Positions 23,841 to 36,491 of a DNA stretch of 64,000 bases are shown piece by piece. Position 1 is the first letter of the stretch; every line of letters starts with the position of its first letter. The DNA is from Ophelia neglecta (taxonomy: Eukaryota): assembly GCA_965285935.1 (NCBI GenBank), contig OZ260664.1, positions 48,856,001-48,920,000 on the forward strand, in the 5' to 3' direction. A program made the translations under genes and the position numbers. The notes below the pieces were generated by a model, which saw only the letters and a list, made by a program, of their open reading frames with translations, did no database searches and was not told where the DNA came from.

Positions 23841-26800
23841 GATTATTTCGTCTCCCTGTTAAGTTCCCCCAGGGCATTAAGACCTCGGGACCGGCGGACG
23901 TAATAAACCAGGATTTTCGAGCCCGAATCCCAACTATACTAAATTTCCTAGACCGCCGTACTTAAAATACTGGGTGCCAAGACTGGGGACTCCGGTTAGG
24001 GTAAGTTAATGCGATTTTTCGAGTTCGAGAGCTTATTTCTCAGATTTTGCAACTCACACAAGTAGTATCAGTCGGAACATGGCGCACTTGAAGCCAGTTT
24101 CTGTGAAAAATTCGCCGGCATTTATAAATGAATTCACAAATTGATCCGTTTTACCAACATAGAGAGCTATAGGTGTTTAATATTGGTCCAATCACGAGAG
24201 CATATTATTCCTCTTTCAAAGAGCTCAAATTTCTAGAATAGGCCTATGCATTGCATTCATAGCCATAAAATTATACTACTTATGTTCGAATATTCAAGGA
24301 GCTTTTTACCAGAAATAACGTTAGTTAATCATTTATTTTGTATAGATGATAGCATACACCATAATTCTACTAGGCTGTGATCCATGTTACATGTACCAGC
24401 TGTTAGTTTAAATATAGTGTAGAGGTACGCTAGATACCTATAGGTGGCAAACTATGCAATGGCCTTTGTGGCAAAAAGTCAAGTAAGATTAGGTTATCTT
24501 TCTTTTGTGTCAAAAAACCCTTTAGATTCATCTTATTGAGACGGCAGACAAACCATAGTTTATTTTATTTTATATTGTTTATTTCTTTTTATTTCACTTT
24601 GAATAATTTTGTTGTGATCTGAGGTGATTGTATCACCATGTCTTGCTCTGAAACTAGATAATGTTTCTCAAATTTTATAATATTGTCCGTAGTGATGGAG
24701 CACATAAAACATGTGTTGTCCAGGTCCCTTTGCTACTGCCAGTAATAATATTGTACTTTATAATGTGGTTTATTCTGAATACATGTACATGTAGCCAAGT
24801 AGTGGCAATAAACACATTTGAATTGAATTTCTATTTAATTGAAAACATTAAAAAGATCGAACTATCGAATGACGTTCTCCGGGCAAGCTGTCTACATATG
24901 GAAATGGAAAAAGAGAAATAGATAATTTGAGGAAAACGCTTTTCGCCATTAAATGTAAAGTGGTAGTGATATTTTACCACTAATAAATGGCATGAAAAAT
25001 AAAACGCAAACTAATTGCACTGTCGGAACTGAAGCAAACTGACTACACTCTCAGAACTAAATGTTGCTGGTGTGGCTACAATAATCCGCCTTGACCAGAC
25101 TGTGGTTGTATAGTAGTATCGCTTTACTTTTTTCCTTTTTTTCTCACTCTAATTAAGTTACTCATGAAAACTGCTCTTCTCAAATACAAATCCAACTTAA
25201 ATGCATCTTTGCCCCATTCACCGTGTTGCCCACGGGTAATAGCTAATTACATATAATCCCCAAACTGCTTATTATTAATATGTTCAAATTTTTAAGGAAA
25301 TGAATACTTTAAACGTACACCGGCCCGTGTTTTTCTCCATAAAGTATACATTTGGTTCTTGCAACTTTTGATAAAACTAGAATGAACTGCTCAGTTCTAA
25401 TCAGAGTTTATAGTAGGCTATACCATGTTGTACGACGGAACATGTTGCATGCTCTTTCACACACCGACTGATTTATCGATTTTCAAGTATCGACTTTCAG
25501 ATCATTCTGCTGTGTTAGTGCTGGTTGAGCTATGTATTAATTAACTGGCTGGTCTCATTGTTCCCTCTAGTTTCTACCTGAACTCACTGACATCGAATGT
25601 TGTGGAGGAATTTTTGTGTGATGGATAAACATTTTGTTCACGATTTCCATTTAACTTCCAATATTCAACCGCGTGCAAGCAATTAGTCGAGTAGTAAGTG
25701 ATCAGACATCCTTTCGCTAAGCATCACGTCGACACTTGAAAAAGATACAGTCAAATAATACTGGTCGTTTAAGGCATTCATATGCATATACTTCTACGTA
25801 TTGTCACTGTGACTAAGGCTTCATTCCGATGGAAACATCAGTAGATACCAAGTCTGGTGCGTACTGCCTCCGCGTAGCGGATACACTGCCTTTACTGTAG
25901 GACCTCCATCTCGGGCTGATATGAAAAAGACTACAGCAGCAGCTGAGCTGATCTCCGTGTTATAGTATATATTCATATGCCAAATGTATATAGCTAGGAA
26001 ATGAAGCCATTACTACCGTTGTTTATGCCGAATTTATGAAGTGAAGACTTCCACATTTCAATGACCGTACTCAATATAAAAAAGATTATCCATGAATAAC
26101 TCAAGACCGGACAGTGGATTCACTAAAACACTAAATAGGTAAGGCGGATCAATTTCCAGTTTAACTCTGTGTTCGTAGTTGTATTTAGTTATATGTATTG
26201 AACTTGTATGTACAATTACTAGTAATATTCGTGCATACTGGTGAAAAGAATGTGGCTACTTGGACTAACTTAAGATGTGGCATTGGAGAACAGGGTGAGG
26301 AACAGGGACATTCCACAATGTCAATGTATGTACTCCTGCAACCAATTAAGGGTCACCGAACGAGAGCAATCGTAATTATGGTTTGACGGCAAGGAAATTA
26401 AAAGTTACTATTTAAATTTCATATAGCAGTTTATAGACAAAATGTTATAGTGGTGAAAAAAAATATGCGTGCATTTGTGCATTGCTGACTGACAGAAGAA
26501 AAAGCTGCAGCCAGGTGATAACTTCCGTTTAAGCCACACACTGTGCTGACCGTTTATGGGTAAGCCCTAAGTCAGGTGTAAATCATATATACGACTGACT
26601 ATATCGATCTCTAGGAAACCGTGAATGACCGATGTGATGGCTACCAGCCAAGAACGTTTCATCTGATCTATTTTACAGTTTGGCTCAATTAGCATCAGAA
26701 TAGACATTAATCAAAACAGAAAGTTGATTGGAAAGCATATCAATACATGGAACTCACATTTAATAAAGTCATGTTTTGTCCCTGTGCAACAAAGGAAGTT

Positions 26801-27055
26801 TTTAGCTCTATATTTGAAAACAAAGAGGATCATGATGAAATGCCATGATTTCTCTGTCTGAAATATTAATCTATCAGGCCTAGTTAGAAACAGTCGTGTG
26901 AACAAAACGTGTTTATTAGCAAAGATGTTTCCCATTTATTGCTAATGAAACAGTTTTAATTATAGTTCCGATTGAGTTCATTTATTGATATTTCATCAAA
27001 TGAATCAATCGTGTTTCTCTTTCAAATATAATTCTAAAATCAACCTGATAACTTA

Positions 27056-27147
27056 TTTTTATTCTTATTAAAAAGCAATAACTGGGGTTATGTGTCTCCA
27101 TTTTTATTCTCATTAAAAAGCAATCACTGAAGTTATGTCTCTCCATT
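27056..27147. repeat. Tandem duplication of a 45-bp unit
   Basis: TTTTTATTCT(T/C)ATTAAAAAGCAAT(A/C)ACTG..GTTATGT.TCTCCA occurs twice in tandem. Confidence 0.85.
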
Positions 27148-29185
27148 TAACATATTACAGCTGCTTCTACAACTATCTGCATCATATGTTCCCCTGTTAT
27201 GAAGACTGATAGCTATAAATGTCAGACATCAAATGCTGGAAATATGCGAAATCAAATATAAATAAACCATGGTTTAGAGCACGTCGTACCCTTTTATTAG
27301 ATAAGACGTATCAATGCCCAATTACCCAATACAATTACAGAAATAAACAGCTATTCATATATATGTGTTTACTGTAATGGCATGTGGTGTTTTCTTTATA
27401 CTTCTGTCGAATTATTCGCGGGTTTAGTATAAATATTTATGCTTTATGTTTTGCACAAAGCATTGACATTTATGGGCCTGCATTCAAACGGTTCAAGACT
27501 GGTCGATAACATTGATAACGATTTGGTGTGAGAAATTATTGCATAATTCATAGTGTTGTGAATAAGAGTCGCTCTCATGATGCAACATATGTGGGCATTG
27601 ATGTACAAATAAATGTATGTATGAACAAACATCATAAAGAACAGTAAGTGCATCAATGCAAACAATGGCATTGTGGGGAATGTGCCCTGCCTCTGACTTA
27701 CTTCCGTTGTTTCTGCAAACAATGTTATTCCATCCGGATATACCCTTCGTTATAGTTAGCAGCGTACAAGTAATTTAAATTGAAGGCAACCATAGCAGTC
27801 CGCAAAAGTGGTAATATAATGTGCATGCTAGCTTGGAAATCTCTCACTTAAATATTGACTGGTTATGAAGATAAAATTTAAAAGTGTATATCTTTTCATT
27901 TCTTCCAAGCCACACAATATACTCGAGGTCATATGCGTGATAGACGAAATAAGCATTATATATTAAGGAGGAAATAAAGAATCGTATATAAGTATATTCC
28001 TCTAAAGGTTGCTATTTGACAGGCAATTCTGAAAAAGTTTACAGCATATACTGTCAGGATGTTTTTTGCAGCCAGGCACAGGAAAGATACACACGAAAAA
28101 CAAGCGAGATTCGCGGAAGGGAATTCTTATATCTCGTTTATATATAAGTTGGGGCATTACAGCACATAACTTTCAATATCCGTTATTGTATGCTCAGGAA
28201 ATCCCCGTTGTGCACGAGGGAGTTTAACCTTGTCGAATTAACCGTGATCGACTATTAATCATACATATATATTTATACAAATTACGTCAGCAGTGCACAA
28301 GATAACCGCGGTTTCTATAAAGTATGATAATGCCAATAAATTATTGCCATTGTCATGGATTAAAATGTGTGTCTGTAAACCTTTAGCAACCTGGGCAAGC
28401 AAAAATGACAGGTGGTTAAACGTCCGGGTCATATCTCCTGCACAAGTGCGATGGGAATGTCATTTCATAATCTAATAAAAATCATATTAACATCTGTGTC
28501 ATTTCTATCAAAGACTATTTTAAACGATTTATTAATGTGGGCAATATTGAATAACTCATTTGTGATTCGGTTAACCTCCATCAATCACCATATAGTAAGT
28601 ACAATATTTAAACTCAAACAATCTGGCGTGCTCTTTGTTTTTGTACTTTTAATAATGCCAATATATTTAATAAGTTCACATTTGTTGATGTTGGTATTAA
28701 ATTCGTAATATAATTTTTACTGCTTTCTTCCAAACTCAAGGGAGAAATAGACAAAAATTCATGCTTTTTTTGCTGTGCATGTGTACTGTGTAAAATCATT
28801 GCAGATAAGTATTCTAAAATCATTAAGTTTATCCCTTTAAAGCACCATATACTAACGTTACAATATTCAGACTTAAACAATTTAGTTATCAACCTCAAAC
28901 ACCATATTATAATATGGTACAATTTCAACAATCTGCCGTGCTCGTCCTAAAATCATATATCACAACAGACCACCTATTACGCCACATTCCTTTCTTCATT
29001 TGTTTGCGCGACTGTAATACCAGGTTGCTATCATGCATTCTCTCTCAGACCGACGATCGTTGTTCATTTCTGTGATCAGGTTATTTTGATACAGATTATT
29101 TATATAATAGCCCGTGCTACAATAATCGACGACCTAATTTTCAACGTATTGTTTTTGTTTCAGGGTCCTATACCAGCGATCAGAA

Positions 29186-32100
29186 ATGATTGCCTCCCAG
29201 AAGCCGACTGATTACAGACGGCGAGACGTGCCTCCAACACCACAAAGAGTCCCTGATAATCACAGACGACAATACAGGAAGGTGAACTCGGGCTTTAGCA
29301 ATCTCTCATATGTTGGACACGAGGAAGTCCTAGAACGCCCATTTGCCTATACGCCTAGCTATCTTCCATCTACCGATTCTGTTTTTCAAGGCAAAGAAGA
29401 CGGGACTGAGAATACAGCACATCATGTCTTACCTGCCAGAACACAGCGGTCTTGGGACGTTAACCTGACAGCGGGACCGTCAGTAGCCACTCAGGAACCT
29501 GACATACATTGTATTGCTTCTTATCCACAACATCTCCCGTTTGAAGAAAGGCAGATGGTCCTAGAGCAGTTATACCCTGGATCTAGATCACCGATAGTCG
29601 AAGGACAGGTGCACCTTGCAGCTCCTAATCGAGGCTCCTGGTCGTCTAGCTCTAGGTCAAATGGACCTTCCACGCCGCTTATCGAATCCAAATCCCCCGA
29701 GCTTTTACTAGCCCTACATACCTCTCGGACGCTCACCTCCTCATCTGATACTCTCAATCGCCCACCGCAAAGCCACTCTTTTTCGTCCGGCCAAAAATAT
29801 CAGGTAGACAATAAATCAGTACAATCATGTGATAGCACACAGGAGGTCAGCGATGATAAGGTGTTTGCCTCAAATGAACCAAATACCAACAAAAAGCCCT
29901 ATGACCAAAGCCGAACAAGATTAGAACAGCGACATGACCTTGACCTACATATCGCCTTTGACTTTTATACTCAGAATCCTCTCGATGTTCCCCATTCACC
30001 GAGTTACATGAGTGGCGCTGGTGATAGTCAGTCCCCTTACATGGACTTGCTTCAGGCCACTAAGCAAAACGATCAATTTCTTGAGGGTATGCTGTTGAGA
30101 AGTGTTCGCTCTGATGGTAAGTCATTTTTATGTATTTTGAAGATGAAATAAAAAGATATGTATTGCATGTAAAGTGTTCCGTTCCACGCCGCCGAACGGC
30201 GCTTTGACTTCCGCTACTAAACTGTTAGGACCACACTAACTTTCGTTCTCACATTTTGTATCCAGGCCTGGGGAATTACTGTGGTACTGGAGTAAAAGCT
30301 CATTAATATGATTATGATTTTGGGAAATTATCAATAAATCGCTAAGTACTCTTAAGGGGTGGAGATTTGCATTCATAGTCAAAATACGGGATTTTGCGTC
30401 CAATGTTTCACTCTATAATCCTATCTGCTTATTTTACAATATAAAAATGATACAGTGGAGTGTTTATCTTGGCCAATGTCTGATGATTCTTTCTTGATTG
30501 TGTATTGGTTGGCGGATTCTCAAGTCTATTATTTGAGCTCGACTTACCTGATCTGAGAGTAGTCGAGCCGTTTGACTTCCAGAAGGCATGATTGGCCAAT
30601 CAAGCTTGCACAGAACATTTAGATCAAATATTCATCTAGATGCACTAACTCACGTAATGCCCCGGTCACTCAAACCAAGAATTTCCCACGAACCCACTAT
30701 GTTTGTCCCACGGATGGGCGTTTCTCAAAATATACGATACGAACAATAACGAATACATTACGGTTTGAGAACGTTTAGTACGTCAACGGTAATGAGCAGA
30801 TTGGCGCCGGACACACCTCGGTTGACATGTGTTAATGACTGGAACCACTAAGGTTCCAATGCGGCTCTAGAACGGTCTACTACAGACAACACGAACTTGT
30901 ACGAACTAGGTTATAGTATGGTTTATCATCTACCTGGCTGCATGAAATCCGCGATTGTGATTGGATCTCTGCCCGGAGATATATTGCCGTATCACCGAAT
31001 TGGAACCGATCAAGTCTGTTTTCCGAGTTCGATGTCAGTTCCAGTGATAGAATTGATGATTTGTGATTGCCTTTATTAAAATTTAATGCAAAATTGATGC
31101 ACAGAATTTATGTGTGTAGGTGATAAAATCGTAACATCAGGCTTTATTCCGTGATATTATTTGTACACCCCTTAGCTAGCCGGAAACACATCAGTGGTGT
31201 ACGGCAATTTGCAGGGTGTACACATCCTTATCACGAGATTAAACATTTTTCTTTTTATGCTAGCTGTATTCCTCTTGAAGGTTGGGCTAAGAATAATTTC
31301 GCGCCGCTGGTCATATGTTCATATACATTTGAAACCTAGAACCGAAGTTAAAACAATAGATCTTATTACTTGGTTATTGGTTAATCATACATATGATAGC
31401 AGATCGTTATGGTTCGTGTCAAATCGTTATAAACCGTAGTAGGCTAAATTGTGTCAACCCGGCCGTATTCGCGATGGAACCTTTCTAGATCGCAACAGGC
31501 GGTACTTGGTCATGTACATGTACTCGTAAATGGTACTTAACCATGCTCCAATGGTCAGATAACCTTACTGAAACCCCAGTGTCCTCGTAGTAGGTAGTGT
31601 TACTTTGTGGTCATTCCGGGTCTACTCAACCATTTTTCCACAAATATTCTACGAAATAAGAACCCATGGAGTCGATGCTTATCTACTATTAATGCTCTAT
31701 ACGGATAGAAAAATCGTGGTGCTAAACCCGAAAGTTTTGTACCTGTCCAAACCTCCCGGGTGGGTACAAGGATACATACGAACTAGTATGAATAACCTCG
31801 AAAATTAGATACAATTTGTTACAATACGAATTCACTGCATGGTAATCCATCCGTACAGAATTCGTACGGGCATTCGTATAGTTGCTGTGACTGGTGCATT
31901 ACCAAATTGCCATCTTCCGTGACAGAAAGAAACGCTACACATGTAAAAGTTAATTAACCATCAATCATGGATATTATCATTGATCTCTGCTATTTTAAGT
32001 CTCAAAGATCTTGTCGTAATTCAATCTGTGGAATTTGAGATAGTATAAAGTATGCTGTTTGTTCATCAGTTTCCCCTCAACTGCGTTGTATTTTATTGTG

Positions 32101-33580
32101 TAAACCAGCTATAAACCAAGACAGACGATGATTGCCAACATGGAATATGAATGGCGATTCTTTGTGCAAAATGCCTTCATAGGAAACAATGCAAAATGCA
32201 TATATATACATATGAATGCATCGGGTATGAAGCGGGTAACGGAATTAAAACATCACGGGAGTTAGTTCCCATCTCTTTTATTATTGAACATAGGTGCAAT
32301 CTGCATGTAATTTCTAAATTTAATTATTTTTTCATAAGTCCAGACACTCTGTTTTTTTAGCCAACAAACGTGTAGTGTTTCTAGAGGATAAAAACATATA
32401 TACATACAAATTCGTCCTTGTATTAACGAATTAGAGTAAGGGAGTTTATGTGGTATATATAAGTGCACTCAACTGAATTTGAGTCAATACCGTATTTTGA
32501 ACTGTTGTATTCCAAATATGAGTTTCGAAATAAAATCAGGTATAAGTAACCTATAAAATTAGCTAGCAGACACCGAGGGGCGTGTATTGTCATACATTTA
32601 TTTATTTTGTTTCATTTCCTCTAGCACTGTTTCCGTTTGTCAACTACGTCGTCTTCAAGAGTGCCCCTGGATCAGCACGCCGAATAAAGACTCCCACTCC
32701 ATCATCCCAAGCCGGTAGAACTTTCCCTACGACCCAAGTGGAGGGAGAAAGCAACCTGCTGTCTCCTAGAGTGGAGTCAGACCGCAGTAAATCTTCAAAC
32801 GATAACCTCGAGTTCATTGAAATGATCTCCAGTCAAGGTAAATTAATTTCCAATATATAATATTACAATCATGACTACCTTAATTCAAATTCCTTTTTGA
32901 GTCTAAAACCATTGTTGTCATTTCAACCGGACTATAAATGGGTTAATGTATTTTATTAATGACGCATACATGTGTCACAAATTATTGAATATCAGCTTTT
33001 TCCAGTGATTGAAATCGAGTGGTCGACTGTATAAGATCTCGTCCGTATACTCGTGCAGAGTATACCCGTATAAATCACCGGTCATCAACTATAATAGATT
33101 TTTGTCCTATCAGATTAGATGGTTGATTTAGCAAATGTATCCTTTTTTTTTATTGTAAGATTCTTAACATACAGCAACCTGTATATTTTTCTAATAACAG
33201 GTGGCTACAAAGAAGCCTTCACCTTCATCGACAGAGGACTTCCGATCCTACCCAAAAAGGCGGCAAGCCTAAACACTGTATACCTGATCAGTGCATTTAA
33301 GACACTAGAAAGTCAAGACACCCGCGAATTGGATGAAAGTTGGAGTGTATGGAGTGGTGCCGACTTTATTGTAGAAAATATTCCTCCTATATTGAGCCTT
33401 CAGCGATTGACTTTCCACAAGGTTAAATACAATCTGGACAAAGAAACATTTCGATACGTTCTAATGTGTGAATTGACGGAGGGCCTGACAAAACTATCAC
33501 GTACTCTTTCCTTTGTGGAGTTGTTAAGACTGAGACAGTGTGGCTACTCCAATGTATACGTTCCTTTGCAACACTTCTGA
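29186..33580 (+). CDS. Uncharacterised protein with a long disordered N-terminus and a C-terminal DUF7153-like domain
   Basis: Exons 29164-30116, 32625-32837 and 33201-33580, joined by phase-1 GT/AG introns. Motifs EGMLL...FPFVNYVVFK and YLISAFK..LDESWSVWSGADFI..LQRLTFHK..YVLMCE..LRLRQCGYSNVY match my recollection of DUF7153. AATAAA at 33695. The frame is open upstream of ATG 29186 to the acceptor, so earlier coding exons are possible. Confidence 0.8.
30658..31898. mobile_element. Non-autonomous PIF/Harbinger-like DNA transposon (~1.24 kb) in an intron
   Basis: Imperfect terminal inverted repeats TGCCCCGGTCAC and GTGACTGGTGCA, flanked by TAA (30655-57) and TTA (31899-901), with subterminal ACGAA/CGGATG motifs mirrored at both ends. 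Confidence 0.7.
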
Positions 33581-34274
33581 AGACTAGATGATGCTGATAG
33601 TGGTGGATTAATATTCCTTTTCATCTTAAGAAATCTAACCCACGAGGAACTAGATCAATCAAGATATAACCTTTAACTGTAGCTTGAATCAAGTAATAAA
33701 GGGTATGGATTCTTTTGTAGCTATAAGATTACCGCTTTTACCTGTATTATGTTCCTAGACAGATGCTGAATGCTTTTCCCCATGGATATATTATACAGGC
33801 ACAGTAGGAGCAATTAATTCAATTGGCTGCTCACGGATTGTCGATCGATATTGACCAAGAATCCATTGGGGGTATTTATCTCGTATAATACCGAACATCT
33901 TAGCTTGACCGGTGTCTTGATTATCACTTGTACAAAGTAGAGGCTAAAAGAGTTCGGTATTCATCAAAATTGGACATTTACTGGTCACATATTAAAAGTA
34001 CTTTACCTAGACCTACAGTTTTGTAACAGATGTGCATAGTAAAATGATAACAACACAACTCACAAATCAACCTTTAATACTGTAACACATACCCGAATTC
34101 ACTGGTAACATTTTGACTCTCGGGCTCTTTGAGTTGGAGGCAACGTCTTCTATTTTATAGCAGGCTGTCTTATTCAAAACTTGTTTTATGTGACATGTGA
34201 CTTATATATTGGACTTTTATACAGGTTTTCACGTAATAAAAACGTCGATTAGCCTAATAATGAAGATTTTCGGA

Positions 34275-36491
34275 TTAATTGATTATAGTTTGACTTGGGG
34301 TATGCAAGTCGATATCTACGCCCCTGATATCATTGTCACCCTGTTGGCTGAACCTGACCTGGGAATGTCCGCTCGGTAGGGTCTGTTCAGTTTTCAACCT
34401 ATAAGCCAGCATTATAAAAACGACAAGAAGAGCGGTTCCCAGCAAACATACGATCACTAAAACGACGATAGCTCCCGGACCGAGACCGGACGGGCCATGC
34501 GCTGGCTGAGTCGGCGTAACCGGGGTAAAAACAGGTATTGTCCCTGAAAAATAGACCAAACAGTACATCAAGGATATCCTTATTATTGTCTTATCACCTT
34601 TTTTCATTCGGAGTTAAATGCATAATATTTGGTTGCTTTTGTACGATCCTTTAAACTGCAGTTCTTTTTTATATGGAATGCATGACGTTTACCTTCTAGG
34701 AGAGTTATATACCAATAACTAGTCTCGCTACAAGCAAAGCCGACTGATTCGACATTGAGTCCTCTTGTATGATACCATGACAAAAACGTCTCTTCACCAA
34801 GTTCCTCACCTGTTTCAACATCAACATTCGTTTTATTAGGCGCACTGGACCAGTTATGAAATAAAACTATGATGCCCATGCGAAATAATTCGTACATATT
34901 TGTTTTTTTAAATGACCCAAGAGCTAGTACGCATTATATTGCATTAGGACAAAAAGTGTTAAAATATGTTTCCGAAAAGTGATCCTCTCTTCTAGCCTAT
35001 GTAAATCGAAGGTTTTCATGATCGTGCGAGGAAGTCGAAATTTGTTTTAATCTTTCATTTAGTGAACTGAGAACGAGAACAGTTTCCCATCTGATCTTTT
35101 ATCAAGCCGCCCACAGCCCCCACCCGGACACCCCACCCACCCTACCCTCATCTCGCTTGAGACACTGCGTCCATATTTTGTGTTCCGTATAATGCTATAT
35201 ATGCTTATATGCAATCCTACCGGTTCCAACTTCGATCGATTGCCCATCCCATGCAATCCAGAAAGATACTTGTTCGCCACCGTCTAGTATATCATCAGTT
35301 TGACTGTGAACCAAGACTTCATTGGATCCGAAAATGCCAATGGAAGACCTTTAAAGAGAGTAATTCGATTATGAAAAAGCACAAAACATCATGTGACACC
35401 AAAAATTAAAAACTCATCAGACATTTACTGGTTACAGGTAAATAACTAATCGGGAATGCACTGTTACTAAGTTCCTATTTTGATTTGGCCTGATATTAAA
35501 CCTACCGTGAGTTGTTTAGTTCTCCAAGTCGTACCTCTATCATTCCCTCAGTGAACCCGATGTATCTTTCTGATAGAATCAAGCAAACCATGCCAGACGT
35601 TTTCACGCTAAACTTTACCAATGTTGTGTGTCTAACTGTCTTCCAAATATGTTGATACTTTTCTTCCTTGGAGACCATTGCGAACGCTCTTTGCGCTAAA
35701 GGTGTATTGATGGAACAGATAAAATAACGCTTTAATACCTTAAATCTATGTTGTTTCATTCATTTTAGAGAGTGTTGCTATAGGGAGTTTTCACTCGATT
35801 TTCATCGGGAAAAGATCTTTTTTTAAAGATGCTCTGAAATTAGAAATATACGGTAACAGGCATAAACAAATTCAGTTAACCACGCCGTTATTTGTCCAAA
35901 ATATTAATAAATAACTCTCTTATGGCAGCATTTATTAAAAGAAAAACACGCTAGCTCTTCAGAATTCAATTGGTCCCCTTCTTGACAGATTTGCATGCCG
36001 GGTTAACCTTCAACTAGGCCTAGTATGTGGGGTGAAATTTGAAAGCAGCTCACCGAAAGCCTCAGAAACCCTCCATAGTCCGGCTATATCATCCTCTCCG
36101 AAGATACTCAAGTATTTAACAGTAAGGTTGAGTCTATGATCGTCGGACCACCGAATGAACTCATTCTTTCCGAATACAGAACCCGCGCCTGCGCAGAGAG
36201 AATTCCCATTCCAGCTGACCCATAAATCCACTTCCCGTCCACAAATGTATGTGACATTGTGTTCGAAATGGGCGGTGCTCACAATTTCGGAACCTATTTT
36301 TATTTTCGCCATACTGTTCGCCAAGTCGATGATTATATTGTATTTTTCCGTTTTGTCTTCCATATCGGCTTCTTCTCTAAGGTCGATATATAAAACCACG
36401 TTGCATGCGACGAGGGTAAACTGGAACCAAGTTGAGTTCTCGGTCAACTGCAGCCAAACTGGAGTGTTTATCTTTGACATTAAGATGTCGC
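34275..36491 (-). CDS. Terminal cassette 3: domain A3, domain B3, stalk/TM/tail ending ...PSQTIIN*
   Basis: Exons 36491-36054, 35695-35506, 35348-35221, 34809-34693, 34543-34275. TM region GLGPGAIVVLVIVCLLGTALLVVFIMLAY. Confidence 0.85.
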
